A stretch of 64,000 nucleotides of DNA, taken from an uncultured Solirubrobacteraceae bacterium (GTDB lineage Bacteria; Actinomycetota; Thermoleophilia; Solirubrobacterales; Solirubrobacteraceae). A model generated the notes under the pieces. It was not told where the DNA came from. It did no database searches and saw only the letters and a program-made list of their open reading frames with translations. Shown here in pieces: positions 48,102-57,160 of the stretch (position 1 is its first letter; each line of letters begins with the position of its first letter). Location: assembly GCA_964588985.1 (NCBI GenBank), contig CAZPQW010000011.1, forward strand, positions 41,069-105,068, given 5' to 3'. Position numbers and translations under genes: made by a program.

Positions 48102-49066
48102 TGGGCGCCGCCCACGGCGCGCCAGAGCAGCTCCCCACCGCCAGGTGGGAAGCGCTGGGTACGACCGTCGTGCTGCGCCTCACCGACCCAAACGGAATCG
48201 CGGCCGCACGCGCCGCGGTGGAGGCGGACCTATCGGCCGTCGATCGGGCGTGCAGTCGCTTCCGGGCAGACTCGGAGATCTCGCGTATCAACGCGCAAGC
48301 GAGCCGTTCGCGGAAGGTCAGCGCACTGCTCTTCGAGGCGCTCGAGCTCGCGGTCAGAGCCGCGGAGCTGACCGACGGCGACGTCGACCCGACCGTCGGG
48401 CGCGCGCTCGAGCTCGCCGGCTACGACCGCGACTGGCATCAGCTCGCCCCACCGGTGGGCGAGCCCGAGCGCGACGTGAGGGTGACCGCACGCGTCATCA
48501 GCGGTTGGCGCGCGATCACGCTCGATCGCCACAGCGGGACGGTCCGCATGCCCGCGGGGATCACGCTCGACCTCGGCGCGACCGCGAAAGCATGGGCGGC
48601 CGACCGCGCGGCGGCGGCAGCAGCGGCGGCAGCGGGCTGTGGCGCTCTGGTCTCGATCGGCGGCGACATCGCCACCGCCGGTCAGCCTCCCGCGGGCGAC
48701 TGGCGGATCCGAGTGACCGACGATCACCGCAGCGACCCCTCCGCACCCGGCCAGACGATCGCGATCCAATCCGGCGCGTTGGCGACCTCGAGCACCGCGG
48801 TGCGCCGCTGGAGCCACGCCGGACACACGATGCACCACATCATCGACCCCCGCACGGGAGCGCCGGTGCGCGACACGTGGCGCACCGTGAGCGTGGCCGC
48901 GGAAAGCTGCGCGGACGCGAACATCGCCACCACCGCGGCGCTCGTGCGTGGCGACCGCGCGCCATCGTGGCTCGCCGAGCAGCAGCTGCCGGCCCGCCTG
49001 CTCGATTGGCGGGGCAACGTCACGACCGTCGGCGGCTGGCCGGTGGAGAGGGCCTTGGCGGCATGA
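48101..49066 (+). CDS. apbE: FAD:protein FMN transferase
   Basis: LGT, SRFRADSE, DPTVG, LDLGATAKAWAAD, GGD, ATS and HHIIDPRTG motifs. Confidence 0.92.
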   Translation: MGAAHGAPEQLPTARWEALGTTVVLRLTDPNGIAAARAAVEADLSAVDRACSRFRADSEISRINAQASRSRKVSALLFEALELAVRAAELTDGDVDPTVGRALELAGYDRDWHQLAPPVGEPERDVRVTARVISGWRAITLDRHSGTVRMPAGITLDLGATAKAWAADRAAAAAAAAAGCGALVSIGGDIATAGQPPAGDWRIRVTDDHRSDPSAPGQTIAIQSGALATSSTAVRRWSHAGHTMHHIIDPRTGAPVRDTWRTVSVAAESCADANIATTAALVRGDRAPSWLAEQQLPARLLDWRGNVTTVGGWPVERALAA

Positions 49067-49779
49067 GCCTCCCGATCGCGGCGAGCGGCACGAGCCTCTA
49101 CTGGTATCTCACCCGCTCGACGGGCGCGGTCGCGCTGCTGCTGCTCACGTTCGCGATCGCGCTCGGCGTCGCCGACGTGAAGCGTTGGAGCACCCCGCGC
49201 TGGCCGCGCTTCGTGGTGGACTCGCTGCACCGCAACGTGTCGCTGCTTGCGTTCACCTTCCTGGTGCTGCACATCCTCACCTCCGTGCTCGACAGCTTCG
49301 CGCCGATCTCGCTTTTGGACTCGGTGGTTCCGTTCGCGGGCTCCTATCGGCCGTTCTGGCTCGGCCTCGGCGCGGTCTCCTTCGATCTGATCCTCGCGGT
49401 GATCGCCACGAGCCTGCTGCGCCAGCGGATGGGCTACGGCACCTGGCGCGCGATCCACTGGCTCACGTACGCGAGCTGGCCGATCGCGCTCCTGCACGGC
49501 CTCGGCACCGGCAGCGACGTGAAATTCACGTGGCTGCTCGCGCTCTCCGTCCTGTGCATCGCGATCGTCATCGCGGCCGTCCTCGCCAGGGTCGTCGCCG
49601 GCTGGCCCGAGAACCTGCCGGTCCGCGGAGCGGCGCTCGGCGGAGCGGGGGCGTTCTCGCTGTTCCTCGTGCTGTGGCTCCCCCAGGGCCCACTCGGCTC
49701 GGAATGGGCGCGTCGCTCTGGAACTCCGACCGCGCTCCTACCCCACGCCCACGCCTCGACAACCAAGAAGAGCAAATGA
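49063..49779 (+). CDS. Ferric-reductase-like (MsrQ-like) transmembrane protein
   Basis: W...R.TG, LHR, LH, WRAIHWLTY and LLH heme-His pattern. Confidence 0.85.
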   Translation: MSLPIAASGTSLYWYLTRSTGAVALLLLTFAIALGVADVKRWSTPRWPRFVVDSLHRNVSLLAFTFLVLHILTSVLDSFAPISLLDSVVPFAGSYRPFWLGLGAVSFDLILAVIATSLLRQRMGYGTWRAIHWLTYASWPIALLHGLGTGSDVKFTWLLALSVLCIAIVIAAVLARVVAGWPENLPVRGAALGGAGAFSLFLVLWLPQGPLGSEWARRSGTPTALLPHAHASTTKKSK

Positions 49780-51161
49780 GCGCGTCCCCGACGACAATCA
49801 CCGAAGTGCGCCCCCCCTCTCACGAGCCCGTCGACGCCCCCGCGCTGCCACGGCTGCTCGCGGGAATCCGCGAACACGGCGCGCTGAGCCTCGAAGAACA
49901 CCTCGCGGTCCACGGCCCTCTCGCTCCCGTGCGCAGCGGCAAGCGCAGGCGTGCGCGCGAGGACGCCCAAGCGATGATCGAGGAGGTCGAGCGCGCGGGG
50001 CTGCTCGGCCACGGCGGCGCGGGCTTCCCGATGGCAAGGAAGCTGCAGGCGGTCGCGTCGGCACGCGGTCGCGCGATCGTGGTGGCGAACGGAGCCGAGG
50101 GCGAGCCCGCGAGCCTCAAGGACCGCACGCTGCTTGAGACGCTGCCGCACCTCGTGCTCGACGGTGCCGTCGCCGCGGCCGAAGCGGTCGACGCGGACGA
50201 GCTGATCGTGTGCGTGTGCGAAACCGCCGGCGCGAGCGTCGAAAGCGTCGCCCGGGCAATCGAGGAACGCCAGGCACGCGCCTCCGCGGGCGCCTCGCCC
50301 CGCATCAACCTCACGACCGTGCCGAGCCACTATGCGGCGGGCCAGGAGTCGGCGCTCGTGAACTACCTAAACGGCGGGCCCGCCAAGCCGCTGTTCACTC
50401 CGCCGATGATGTTCGAGCAGGGCGTGCGCAAGCGCCCCACGCTGATCAACAACGTCGAGACGCTCGCCCACATGGCGCTGATCGCCCGCCACGGCGCGCA
50501 CTGGTTCCGCCAGCTGGGGACGAGCGCCCAGCCCGGTTCCACGCTCGTCACGCTGTGCGGGCCGGTCGCCCACCCCGGGGTGTATGAGATCGAGCACGGC
50601 GCGTCGCTCGCCTCGCTCATCGACGCCGGCGGCGGGCCCACCGCGCGGGTGCGCGGAGCGCTCGTGGGCGGCTACGCGGGCACGTGGATCGCCGGCGAGC
50701 GCCTGCGCGGAGTCGCACTCTCCAAGGAGCACCTCGCACCCCACGGAGCGACGCTCGGAGCGGGCGTAGTGCTGCTGCTCTCCGAGGCTGCCTGCCCAGT
50801 AGCGGAAAACGCGCGCGTGGCGCGGTGGCTCGCGAACCAGAGCACTCGTCAGTGCGGCCCGTGCGTGCACGGCCTGGACGCGCTCGCGGGAACCATCGAG
50901 GAGATCGCCGCGGGCGTCGCCGGAGCGAGGGTCTCCCAGCGCATCGACCGCCTCGCCTCGCTCGTCGCGCGTCGTGGCGCGTGCGGCCACCCCGACGGCG
51001 CGCTCAACCTGATCCTCAGCTCGCTGCAGGCCTTCCAGACGGAGTTCGCCGACCACGCGCGCCATGGCCCGTGCGAGAGCTGCGGCCGCGCGCCCGAGCT
51101 GCCGCTGCCGCTGCGACAGGTCAGCGACCAGACGCTTCGCGACCTGGAGCCTCGGCGATGA
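49776..51161 (+). CDS. NuoF/RnfC-like FMN/NADH-binding Fe-S protein
   Basis: GL.G.GGAGFP, NGAEGEP.S.KDR, GQESAL, NNVETL, SLBB region and QCGPC...C. Confidence 0.88.
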   Translation: MSASPTTITEVRPPSHEPVDAPALPRLLAGIREHGALSLEEHLAVHGPLAPVRSGKRRRAREDAQAMIEEVERAGLLGHGGAGFPMARKLQAVASARGRAIVVANGAEGEPASLKDRTLLETLPHLVLDGAVAAAEAVDADELIVCVCETAGASVESVARAIEERQARASAGASPRINLTTVPSHYAAGQESALVNYLNGGPAKPLFTPPMMFEQGVRKRPTLINNVETLAHMALIARHGAHWFRQLGTSAQPGSTLVTLCGPVAHPGVYEIEHGASLASLIDAGGGPTARVRGALVGGYAGTWIAGERLRGVALSKEHLAPHGATLGAGVVLLLSEAACPVAENARVARWLANQSTRQCGPCVHGLDALAGTIEEIAAGVAGARVSQRIDRLASLVARRGACGHPDGALNLILSSLQAFQTEFADHARHGPCESCGRAPELPLPLRQVSDQTLRDLEPRR

Positions 51162-51391
51162 GCCAGACCGTGCGCGTCAACCCGATCGCGTGCGAGGCGC
51201 ACGGCATGTGCGCCGAGCTGCTGCCCGAGCGGATCACGCTCGACGAGTGGGGCTACCCGATCGTCGACGGCGAGCCGCTGCACGGCTCGCAGGTCGAGCA
51301 CGCCATCCGCGCGGCCCGCGCATGCCCCACGTTCGCGCTGCTCGTGGAACGAGACCGTGCGCGGGCGAAGGCCGGCTCGCGCTCGAGCTGA
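51158..51391 (+). CDS. Single-cluster ferredoxin
   Basis: CEAHGMC...CP motif. Confidence 0.88.
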   Translation: MSQTVRVNPIACEAHGMCAELLPERITLDEWGYPIVDGEPLHGSQVEHAIRAARACPTFALLVERDRARAKAGSRSS

Positions 51392-51476
51392 GCGCGCTCT
51401 AGGCTCAGGGTCGCGTGACCGCCCATCTGCGTGATCGCACCGATCAATGCGTAGAAACAGGCACAACGCAGTAATC

Positions 51477-51539
51477 TGCGCGAACGCGCATTATTGTGTC
51501 GATACAGCCATTCCTAGGTACAATATGCGCAATCGTGCA
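51477..51539 (+). promoter_or_regulatory. hipBA promoter with paired operators
   Basis: TGCGC-N4-GYGCA at 51477-51490 and 51526-51539, flanking TACAAT (51519-51524). Confidence 0.65.
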
Positions 51540-51540
51540 G

Positions 51541-51768
51541 ATGCATACACTAGACATCACCACCTCAGAAAAGATCGGACAACGCGTACGCGAGGAGCGG
51601 GGCCGCCAGGGCATCGATCAACGGACGCTCGCCATGGTCGCCAGCGTCGGGGTCCGCTCCGTCCACCGCGTCGAGCACGGCGAGCCTACTGTGCGACTGG
51701 ACGTGGTGACCCGGATCCTTGCGGCGCTGGGCTTGCGCCTGGAGGTACACGGCCACGGTGAGACATGA
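51541..51768 (+). CDS. hipB: HipB-like XRE antitoxin
   Basis: IG..VR..R...GI.Q..LA..A.V....V.RVE.G HTH; ATGA overlap with hipA. Confidence 0.82.
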   Translation: MHTLDITTSEKIGQRVREERGRQGIDQRTLAMVASVGVRSVHRVEHGEPTVRLDVVTRILAALGLRLEVHGHGET

Positions 51769-52997
51769 GTCTCGGCGTCTACTGGGATGAGCAAGAGATC
51801 GGGAGGCTCGAGCGCGTGGACGAGCGGTCCCGTGAGTATTCCTTCCGCTACACGCAACGGTCCCGCGCGATCTCACTGTCGCTGCCGCTGAGCCAGGAAG
51901 ACTTCACTCCCGCGGAGAGCCGTCCGTTCTTCGAGGCCCTGCTGCCCGAGGGGGCAGTGCGCGAACAGATCGCAAGTCAACTCAAGCTTGCGACGAGTGA
52001 CTCGTTTGGCCTGCTCGCGGAGTTGGGGCGCGACTGCGCCGGTGCGCTGCAGATCGTCGACAACAGGCGGACGTCAGACCAGCCATCGGTGCGCTGGCTC
52101 GACGAAAGCGAGCTGGACGAGCTGGTCGAAGATCTTCCACGGCACCCCCTTGGGATCCAACGCGAAGATGAGCGCCTCCGCCTCAGCCTCGCCGGCGTGC
52201 AGCACAAGGCCGTGCTCGTCCGCGATGAGCAGCACCGCTTCGGGAAGCCGCTCGACGGCATGCCCAGCAGCCACATCCTCAAGCCAGAGCTGCCCGGCAG
52301 CGAATACCCAGGACTGGCTACGAACGAGTACTTCTGCATGCGTCTGGCAGCACGGTGCGGACTGTCGGCGGCCGGCGTCGAGCTGATCACGGCAGCCGGC
52401 CGTCCGTGCCTGGTGGTCGAGCGATTCGACCGCGAGCAACTGACGTGGCCGCATCGTCGCATACACCAGGAGGATCTCTGTCAGGCGCTGGGGCTGACTC
52501 CCGACTTCAAGTACCAGAAGGAGGGATGGCGGCTGCCCTCCTACCGCGCGCTTGCCGGTCTGCTGGACCAGCACGGCCCGTGGCCGGGCCTGGATCGCCT
52601 CGCCGGCGCGCAGGCCGCCGTCTTTCACTATCTGGTCGGCAATGCAGATGCGCACGCCAAGAACATCTCGCTGGTGCATGTGCGAGACGGAGTCCGGCTG
52701 GCGCCGCTCTACGACGTGGTCTCCACCGCCGCCTACCCCGACCTCAGCACAGAGCTGGCGCTGAGCATCGGCGACGAGTTGGACCCTGACGCCATCACCT
52801 CGATTCACTGGTCAGACCTCGCCAACGACTTCGGCCTCAACACAGGAGGGTTCGAGCGCGTGCGCCGAGAGCTCCTCGACCGCGTAACCGTCGAGGCACC
52901 CCGTCTACGTGACGAGGCGCGGGCCAAGAACTGGTATCAGCCCTCGATCGACAACATCATCTCCGTGATCGCGGCCCGAGGGGCGCGAGCTGTGTAA
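51765..52997 (+). CDS. hipA: HipA-family kinase toxin
   Basis: ISLSLP, LLPEG, GRDCAGAL, SLAGVQ.K, HILKP, ERFDR, HQED, GNADAHAKN and LAPLYD motifs. Confidence 0.95.
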   Translation: MSLGVYWDEQEIGRLERVDERSREYSFRYTQRSRAISLSLPLSQEDFTPAESRPFFEALLPEGAVREQIASQLKLATSDSFGLLAELGRDCAGALQIVDNRRTSDQPSVRWLDESELDELVEDLPRHPLGIQREDERLRLSLAGVQHKAVLVRDEQHRFGKPLDGMPSSHILKPELPGSEYPGLATNEYFCMRLAARCGLSAAGVELITAAGRPCLVVERFDREQLTWPHRRIHQEDLCQALGLTPDFKYQKEGWRLPSYRALAGLLDQHGPWPGLDRLAGAQAAVFHYLVGNADAHAKNISLVHVRDGVRLAPLYDVVSTAAYPDLSTELALSIGDELDPDAITSIHWSDLANDFGLNTGGFERVRRELLDRVTVEAPRLRDEARAKNWYQPSIDNIISVIAARGARAV

Positions 52998-53031
52998 GCA
53001 GGACCACTGAAGCGCAGGCCCACGGCTACGT

Positions 53032-53904
53032 TCAGCCCCCATACATGTGCGAAGCCGCCAGCCCGGACCACCGTCCATAGCGCTCGAAGAACTCCCGCAC
53101 CTGATACTCCTCGGCGTAGGCGTTGGGATCGCCGCCGCTGAGCGCGCGCCCGACGAGCTTGAGCAGTCCGAGATCGCCGGCGGGAACCTGGTCGTAGCGG
53201 CCCTGTCCATAGAGGGCGAGCATCTCGACCGTCCACGAGCCGATGCCGGGGATCGCGCGCAGCCGTCGCCAGCCCCGCTCGTGATCTGAGTCGTGCAGGT
53301 CGATTCGCCCGCGCGCGACCTCGCGCGCGGCGCGCACGAGCGTGATCGCCCGGCATCCGGCGAGGTCGAAGGACTGGAGGCGTGCGGGCGCCGTTCCGGC
53401 GAGCACCTCGGCCGCGGGCAGATCGCGCAGCCCGTCGCCAAGTCCGTCCCGTCCAGTCCAGCGCCTACCCAGCGCGCCGAGCACGCGGCGCTCGATCGCC
53501 GCGGCGCGCTCGTACTCGATCAGCTGCTCGCAGATCGCCCACGCGAGCGACTCGAACGGCTCCGGCCGGCGGACAGCCCGCAGCCATGGCCGTGCGCGCA
53601 CCGAGCGTCCGATCAGAGGGTCGCGGGCGAACTCGCGCAGGAACGCGCCGAGGTCGTCGTCGACCCCCAGCGCGAAGCGCATCCGCTCGATCCCGTACTC
53701 GGCCGCCGCGTTCGTGGGCGCCCACGCGCCGAACAGCACCGTCTCGGGCGAGGTCTGTGCGACCCGCACGAGCACGGGCTCGTCGTCGTGGTGCAGCAGC
53801 CGTTCGAGCACTCCCCCGCGCCGGCGCAGCATGCCGTCCATGCCCGTTCGGCGGGGCAGGCGAAATGCCCCGACGGGCGTCACCTCCCGGCGCAGCTCGA
53901 CCAA
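53032..53904 (-). CDS. alkA: DNA-3-methyladenine glycosylase (HhH-GPD, AlkA-like)
   Basis: FESL..AI..Q, L..IPGIG.WT and P.GDLG motifs. Confidence 0.8.
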   Translation of the reverse strand: MVELRREVTPVGAFRLPRRTGMDGMLRRRGGVLERLLHHDDEPVLVRVAQTSPETVLFGAWAPTNAAAEYGIERMRFALGVDDDLGAFLREFARDPLIGRSVRARPWLRAVRRPEPFESLAWAICEQLIEYERAAAIERRVLGALGRRWTGRDGLGDGLRDLPAAEVLAGTAPARLQSFDLAGCRAITLVRAAREVARGRIDLHDSDHERGWRRLRAIPGIGSWTVEMLALYGQGRYDQVPAGDLGLLKLVGRALSGGDPNAYAEEYQVREFFERYGRWSGLAASHMYGG

Positions 53905-53924
53905 CTTGCCCAGCGCTCCGACCT

Positions 53925-54350
53925 TCAGCGCTGGGGGTCAGCGCCGGGGCGGCCCAGCAGGTGCACGTCGACGAGCATCGAGCGGCTGCTCACGACCTGC
54001 ATCACCTCGCCCGCCTGGCTGCGCTGGCGCGCTCCGGCCTTGCTCAGGGCACGCCCCGCCCGTCGACCGCTGCTCAGAGCGGTGGATTGACGCTGGCGGC
54101 GGTGCACCAGCCCCAGTACCGCGGCGCCGGCGACGAACCCACCGGCGGCGACAGCCGCCGCCTGCACCGCGGGGATCATCGCGGCCGGCCGTCGCGAGCT
54201 TGCGATCGTGCCGGGGAACGCGCGTGCGTCCACGATCCGCGGCGGTCCCGACAGGACCGGCAGCGCGTCCACCACCTGCCCGTCCACGTCCTCGATCGGG
54301 CCGTCGTCGTGAGTCTCAGCGGCCGGATCGGGCTCAAGCGGATCGCTCAC
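53925..54350 (-). CDS. Hypothetical membrane-anchored protein
   Basis: One hydrophobic helix; TACACT -10 seven nt before GTG. Confidence 0.65.
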   Translation of the reverse strand: MSDPLEPDPAAETHDDGPIEDVDGQVVDALPVLSGPPRIVDARAFPGTIASSRRPAAMIPAVQAAAVAAGGFVAGAAVLGLVHRRQRQSTALSSGRRAGRALSKAGARQRSQAGEVMQVVSSRSMLVDVHLLGRPGADPQR

Positions 54351-54392
54351 CCGGCGAAGTGTAGAGGGAGCCTCAGACCGCTAGGACGGTCG

Positions 54393-55526
54393 CTAGTCGA
54401 GTACGCGCTCGTACACGCGATAGCGCCGCTTGATCTCGCCGCCCATGCCTTCCATGGCGCGGTTCATCGGCTTGTTCACCTCGAGGATCCAGCCCATCTC
54501 CCCGCCCTTCTGCGGGGTGCGTTCTGCCGCGTCGAAGTGCATCTGGTAGAAGCGCGCGCCGACCCCCGTGTGCTGGTACTCGGGCTTGACGCCGAGAGCG
54601 AACACGCGCACCGCGTCGATCTTCGGTTTCTCGCGCAGCGCGGTGATCCAGCCGAACGGCAGCAGGCGCCCGTTCATCTTGCCCAGCACCTGGTTGAAGT
54701 CCGGCAGCGACAGCGCCGCGCCGACGACCTCGCCGGTGTCCTTCTTTTCGGCCACCATCGCCCAGTTCTCGTCGAGCACCGGTTTGAGGTCCTTGGCGTA
54801 GTGGCGGACCTCCTCCTCGTTGAGCGGCACGAACGCCCAGTTGCGCTCCCACGCTGAGTTGTAGACCTCCAGGAAGCGGGTCACCTCGGCGTGCAGGTCC
54901 TTCTTGCGGAAGTTGCGGCACACGATCCCGTGCTCGGACTCGAGCTTGTCCGCCACGTCCCAGATCGCGGGGTGGACTTTGTCGCGGCCGGTGACGTGCA
55001 GGCTCCACATGTACAGGTCCATCGCCTTGTCGATGCCGATGTCCTGCTCGAAGAGGCGCTGGTAGTAGGGGTGGTGCCAGGGGCAGAGGATGATCGGCGG
55101 GTGCTCGTGACCCTCGACGAGCAGGCCGCACTCGTCGTTGGTGGTGAAGTCCATAGGGCCGACCATGCGATCGCGCCCGCGCTCGCGCAGCCACTTCTCG
55201 GCGGCGTCGAGCAGCGCGCGCGCCGCCTCGGGGTCGTCCTCGCACTCGAACCAGCCGAACAGCCCCCACGAGTTGTCCTGGAATTTGTTGAGGTTGTCGT
55301 CGATGTGCGCGCTGACGCGCCCGATCGCGCGTCCGTCGCGGTAGGCGAGGAAGTACTGGGCCTGGGCGTGCTTGAAGAACGGGTTCTTCTTCTGGTCCAG
55401 CCGGCTCTTCAGGTCCATCAGCAGCGGTGCGACCCAGTTGGGCTCGTTACGATAGAGCCGCCACGGCAGCTTGATGAAGGTCGCGAGCTCTTTTCGAGTC
55501 GTGACGGGCCTGATCTCAAGCGTCAT
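54393..55526 (-). CDS. Tandem GNAT acyltransferase, bacterial ceramide synthase-like
   Basis: IRPV....L..FI.LP..LY...PNWV.PL...KNPFF.H...FLA..DG...GR..A, NW.F.P, LGVKPEYQ..G and WILE.N..M motifs; adjacent to an SPT-like gene. Confidence 0.72.
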   Translation of the reverse strand: MTLEIRPVTTRKELATFIKLPWRLYRNEPNWVAPLLMDLKSRLDQKKNPFFKHAQAQYFLAYRDGRAIGRVSAHIDDNLNKFQDNSWGLFGWFECEDDPEAARALLDAAEKWLRERGRDRMVGPMDFTTNDECGLLVEGHEHPPIILCPWHHPYYQRLFEQDIGIDKAMDLYMWSLHVTGRDKVHPAIWDVADKLESEHGIVCRNFRKKDLHAEVTRFLEVYNSAWERNWAFVPLNEEEVRHYAKDLKPVLDENWAMVAEKKDTGEVVGAALSLPDFNQVLGKMNGRLLPFGWITALREKPKIDAVRVFALGVKPEYQHTGVGARFYQMHFDAAERTPQKGGEMGWILEVNKPMNRAMEGMGGEIKRRYRVYERVLD

Positions 55527-55542
55527 GCGGCGACCACCTTAT

Positions 55543-56862
55543 ATGCCCACCTCGATCGACGTCTTCGCCAAGACCCGCGGCTACGAGCGCGAAGTGGTGC
55601 TGCGTGCGGCGCGCGACGCCGACGTCCTGCCGTACTTCCACGTGCTCACCTCGCCGGCGATGCCGGTGGTGGAGATGGAGGGAGCCGAGCGGATCATGCT
55701 CGGCTCCAACAACTACCTCGGGCTGACCGCTGACGAGCGTGTGATGAAGGGCGCGGAGGACGCGCTGCACCGCTACGGCACCGGCCTCACCGGCTCACGA
55801 CTGCTGAACGGGACGATCCCCCTGCACCTCGAACTCGAGCGTGAGATCGCGGAGTGGATGGACACCGAGGACGCGCTCGTGTTCTCCACCGGCCACCAGG
55901 CGAACCTCGGTGTGCTGGGCACGCTGCTCGGGCCCACCGACACCGTGATCGTGGACGCGGGCGACCACGCGTCGATCCTCGACGGTTGCCTGCTCTCGCG
56001 CGCGAAGCTGCGCCCGTTTCGCCACAACCGCCTCGACAAGCTCGAGAAGATGCTCGACCGCGCGCAGAGCGACGGCGGCGGCGTGCTGGTGGTGGTCGAC
56101 GGCGTGTTCTCGATGGAGGGCGACATCGCCCCGCTCAGCGAGATCTGCGACCTGTGCGCCCGCTACGGCGCACGCCTGATGGTCGACGAGGCGCACGCCG
56201 CCGGAGTGATCGGCGCGCACGGCGCCGGCACCGCGGAACTGCTCGGCGTCGCCGACCGGGTCGACCTGCGCGTGGGGACGTTCTCCAAGTCGCTGGCTTC
56301 CTGCGGAGGGTTCGTGGCGGGCTCGGCTGAGGTGATCGACTACCTGCGCGTTTCCTCGCGAGCGTTTCTGTTCACCGCCTCGGCGGTGCCCGCGGCGGTC
56401 GGCGCCGCGCTGAGCGCCCTGCGCGTGCTGCGCTCCGAGGACGGCCCGCCGCTGCTCGTGCGGGTGCTCGCGAACGCGCAGCGTCTGCGCGACGGGCTGG
56501 AGGAGCTCGGCTTCGCGGTCGTCGCCCCGCAGGTGCTGCCGGCGGGCGCCCACGTACAGGAGCACGCACCCGGCCTGCACGCCCATGCCGACGGCACGCA
56601 CACGATCATCACCCCCATAGTCCCAGTGCTGGTGGGCGATGACTGGAAGGCGGCGCTGCTTTGGAAGGCTCTGTATGACGCGGGCGTGTTCGTCAACACC
56701 GCCCTGCACCCCGCCGTGCCGCCCGGTGGAGCGCTGCTGCGCACCAGCGTGATGGCCACCCACGACGAGCCCACTCTCGACCGCGCGCTCGACGTGTTCG
56801 CGCGCGTCAAGGGCGAGTTCGAGGCCGAGCACGGCCCGCTGCCGGGACCCGCTTCGCGCTGA
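55543..56862 (+). CDS. spt: Alpha-oxoamine synthase, serine palmitoyltransferase-like
   Basis: MLGSNNYLGL, GSRLLNGT, HAS, DGVFSMEGD, DEAH and PLP-Lys GTFSKS motifs. Confidence 0.75.
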   Translation: MPTSIDVFAKTRGYEREVVLRAARDADVLPYFHVLTSPAMPVVEMEGAERIMLGSNNYLGLTADERVMKGAEDALHRYGTGLTGSRLLNGTIPLHLELEREIAEWMDTEDALVFSTGHQANLGVLGTLLGPTDTVIVDAGDHASILDGCLLSRAKLRPFRHNRLDKLEKMLDRAQSDGGGVLVVVDGVFSMEGDIAPLSEICDLCARYGARLMVDEAHAAGVIGAHGAGTAELLGVADRVDLRVGTFSKSLASCGGFVAGSAEVIDYLRVSSRAFLFTASAVPAAVGAALSALRVLRSEDGPPLLVRVLANAQRLRDGLEELGFAVVAPQVLPAGAHVQEHAPGLHAHADGTHTIITPIVPVLVGDDWKAALLWKALYDAGVFVNTALHPAVPPGGALLRTSVMATHDEPTLDRALDVFARVKGEFEAEHGPLPGPASR

Positions 56863-56947
56863 CCTCGCTCCGTGCTTGTCTGCAGTATCACAAGCACCCC
56901 TGGAAACAAAAAAGGTCGCTTCTAGCGCACGTTGTTCACGCGCGAGG

Positions 56948-56977
56948 TTGACCGCGGACCCCCTCCTGACGTAGCTT
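56948..56977 (+). promoter_or_regulatory. Candidate promoter of the mIHF-like gene
   Basis: TTGACC-N18-TAGCTT, ~180 nt upstream of the ATG. Confidence 0.5.
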
Positions 56978-57160
56978 CCAGATGCGCTCTGCATGACCGT
57001 GGGTTCGCCCACAAAGCTGTCGGGGAGGGAATGTTGGACCGATGTCGCTCTTTGGTGCGGCCGGACCCAGCACGGCCATCGCGGGCGCATACCGATCCAA
57101 AATTCGAGCAAGCATGTCGCCCCTCGCGCGAGTCACGCGGGGCGACGGGGAGAGTCCCAC

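Noticed and set aside
49776-51161. nuoF of respiratory complex I
   Set aside because: No other nuo genes are adjacent and the Fe-S motif is altered; gene symbol withheld.
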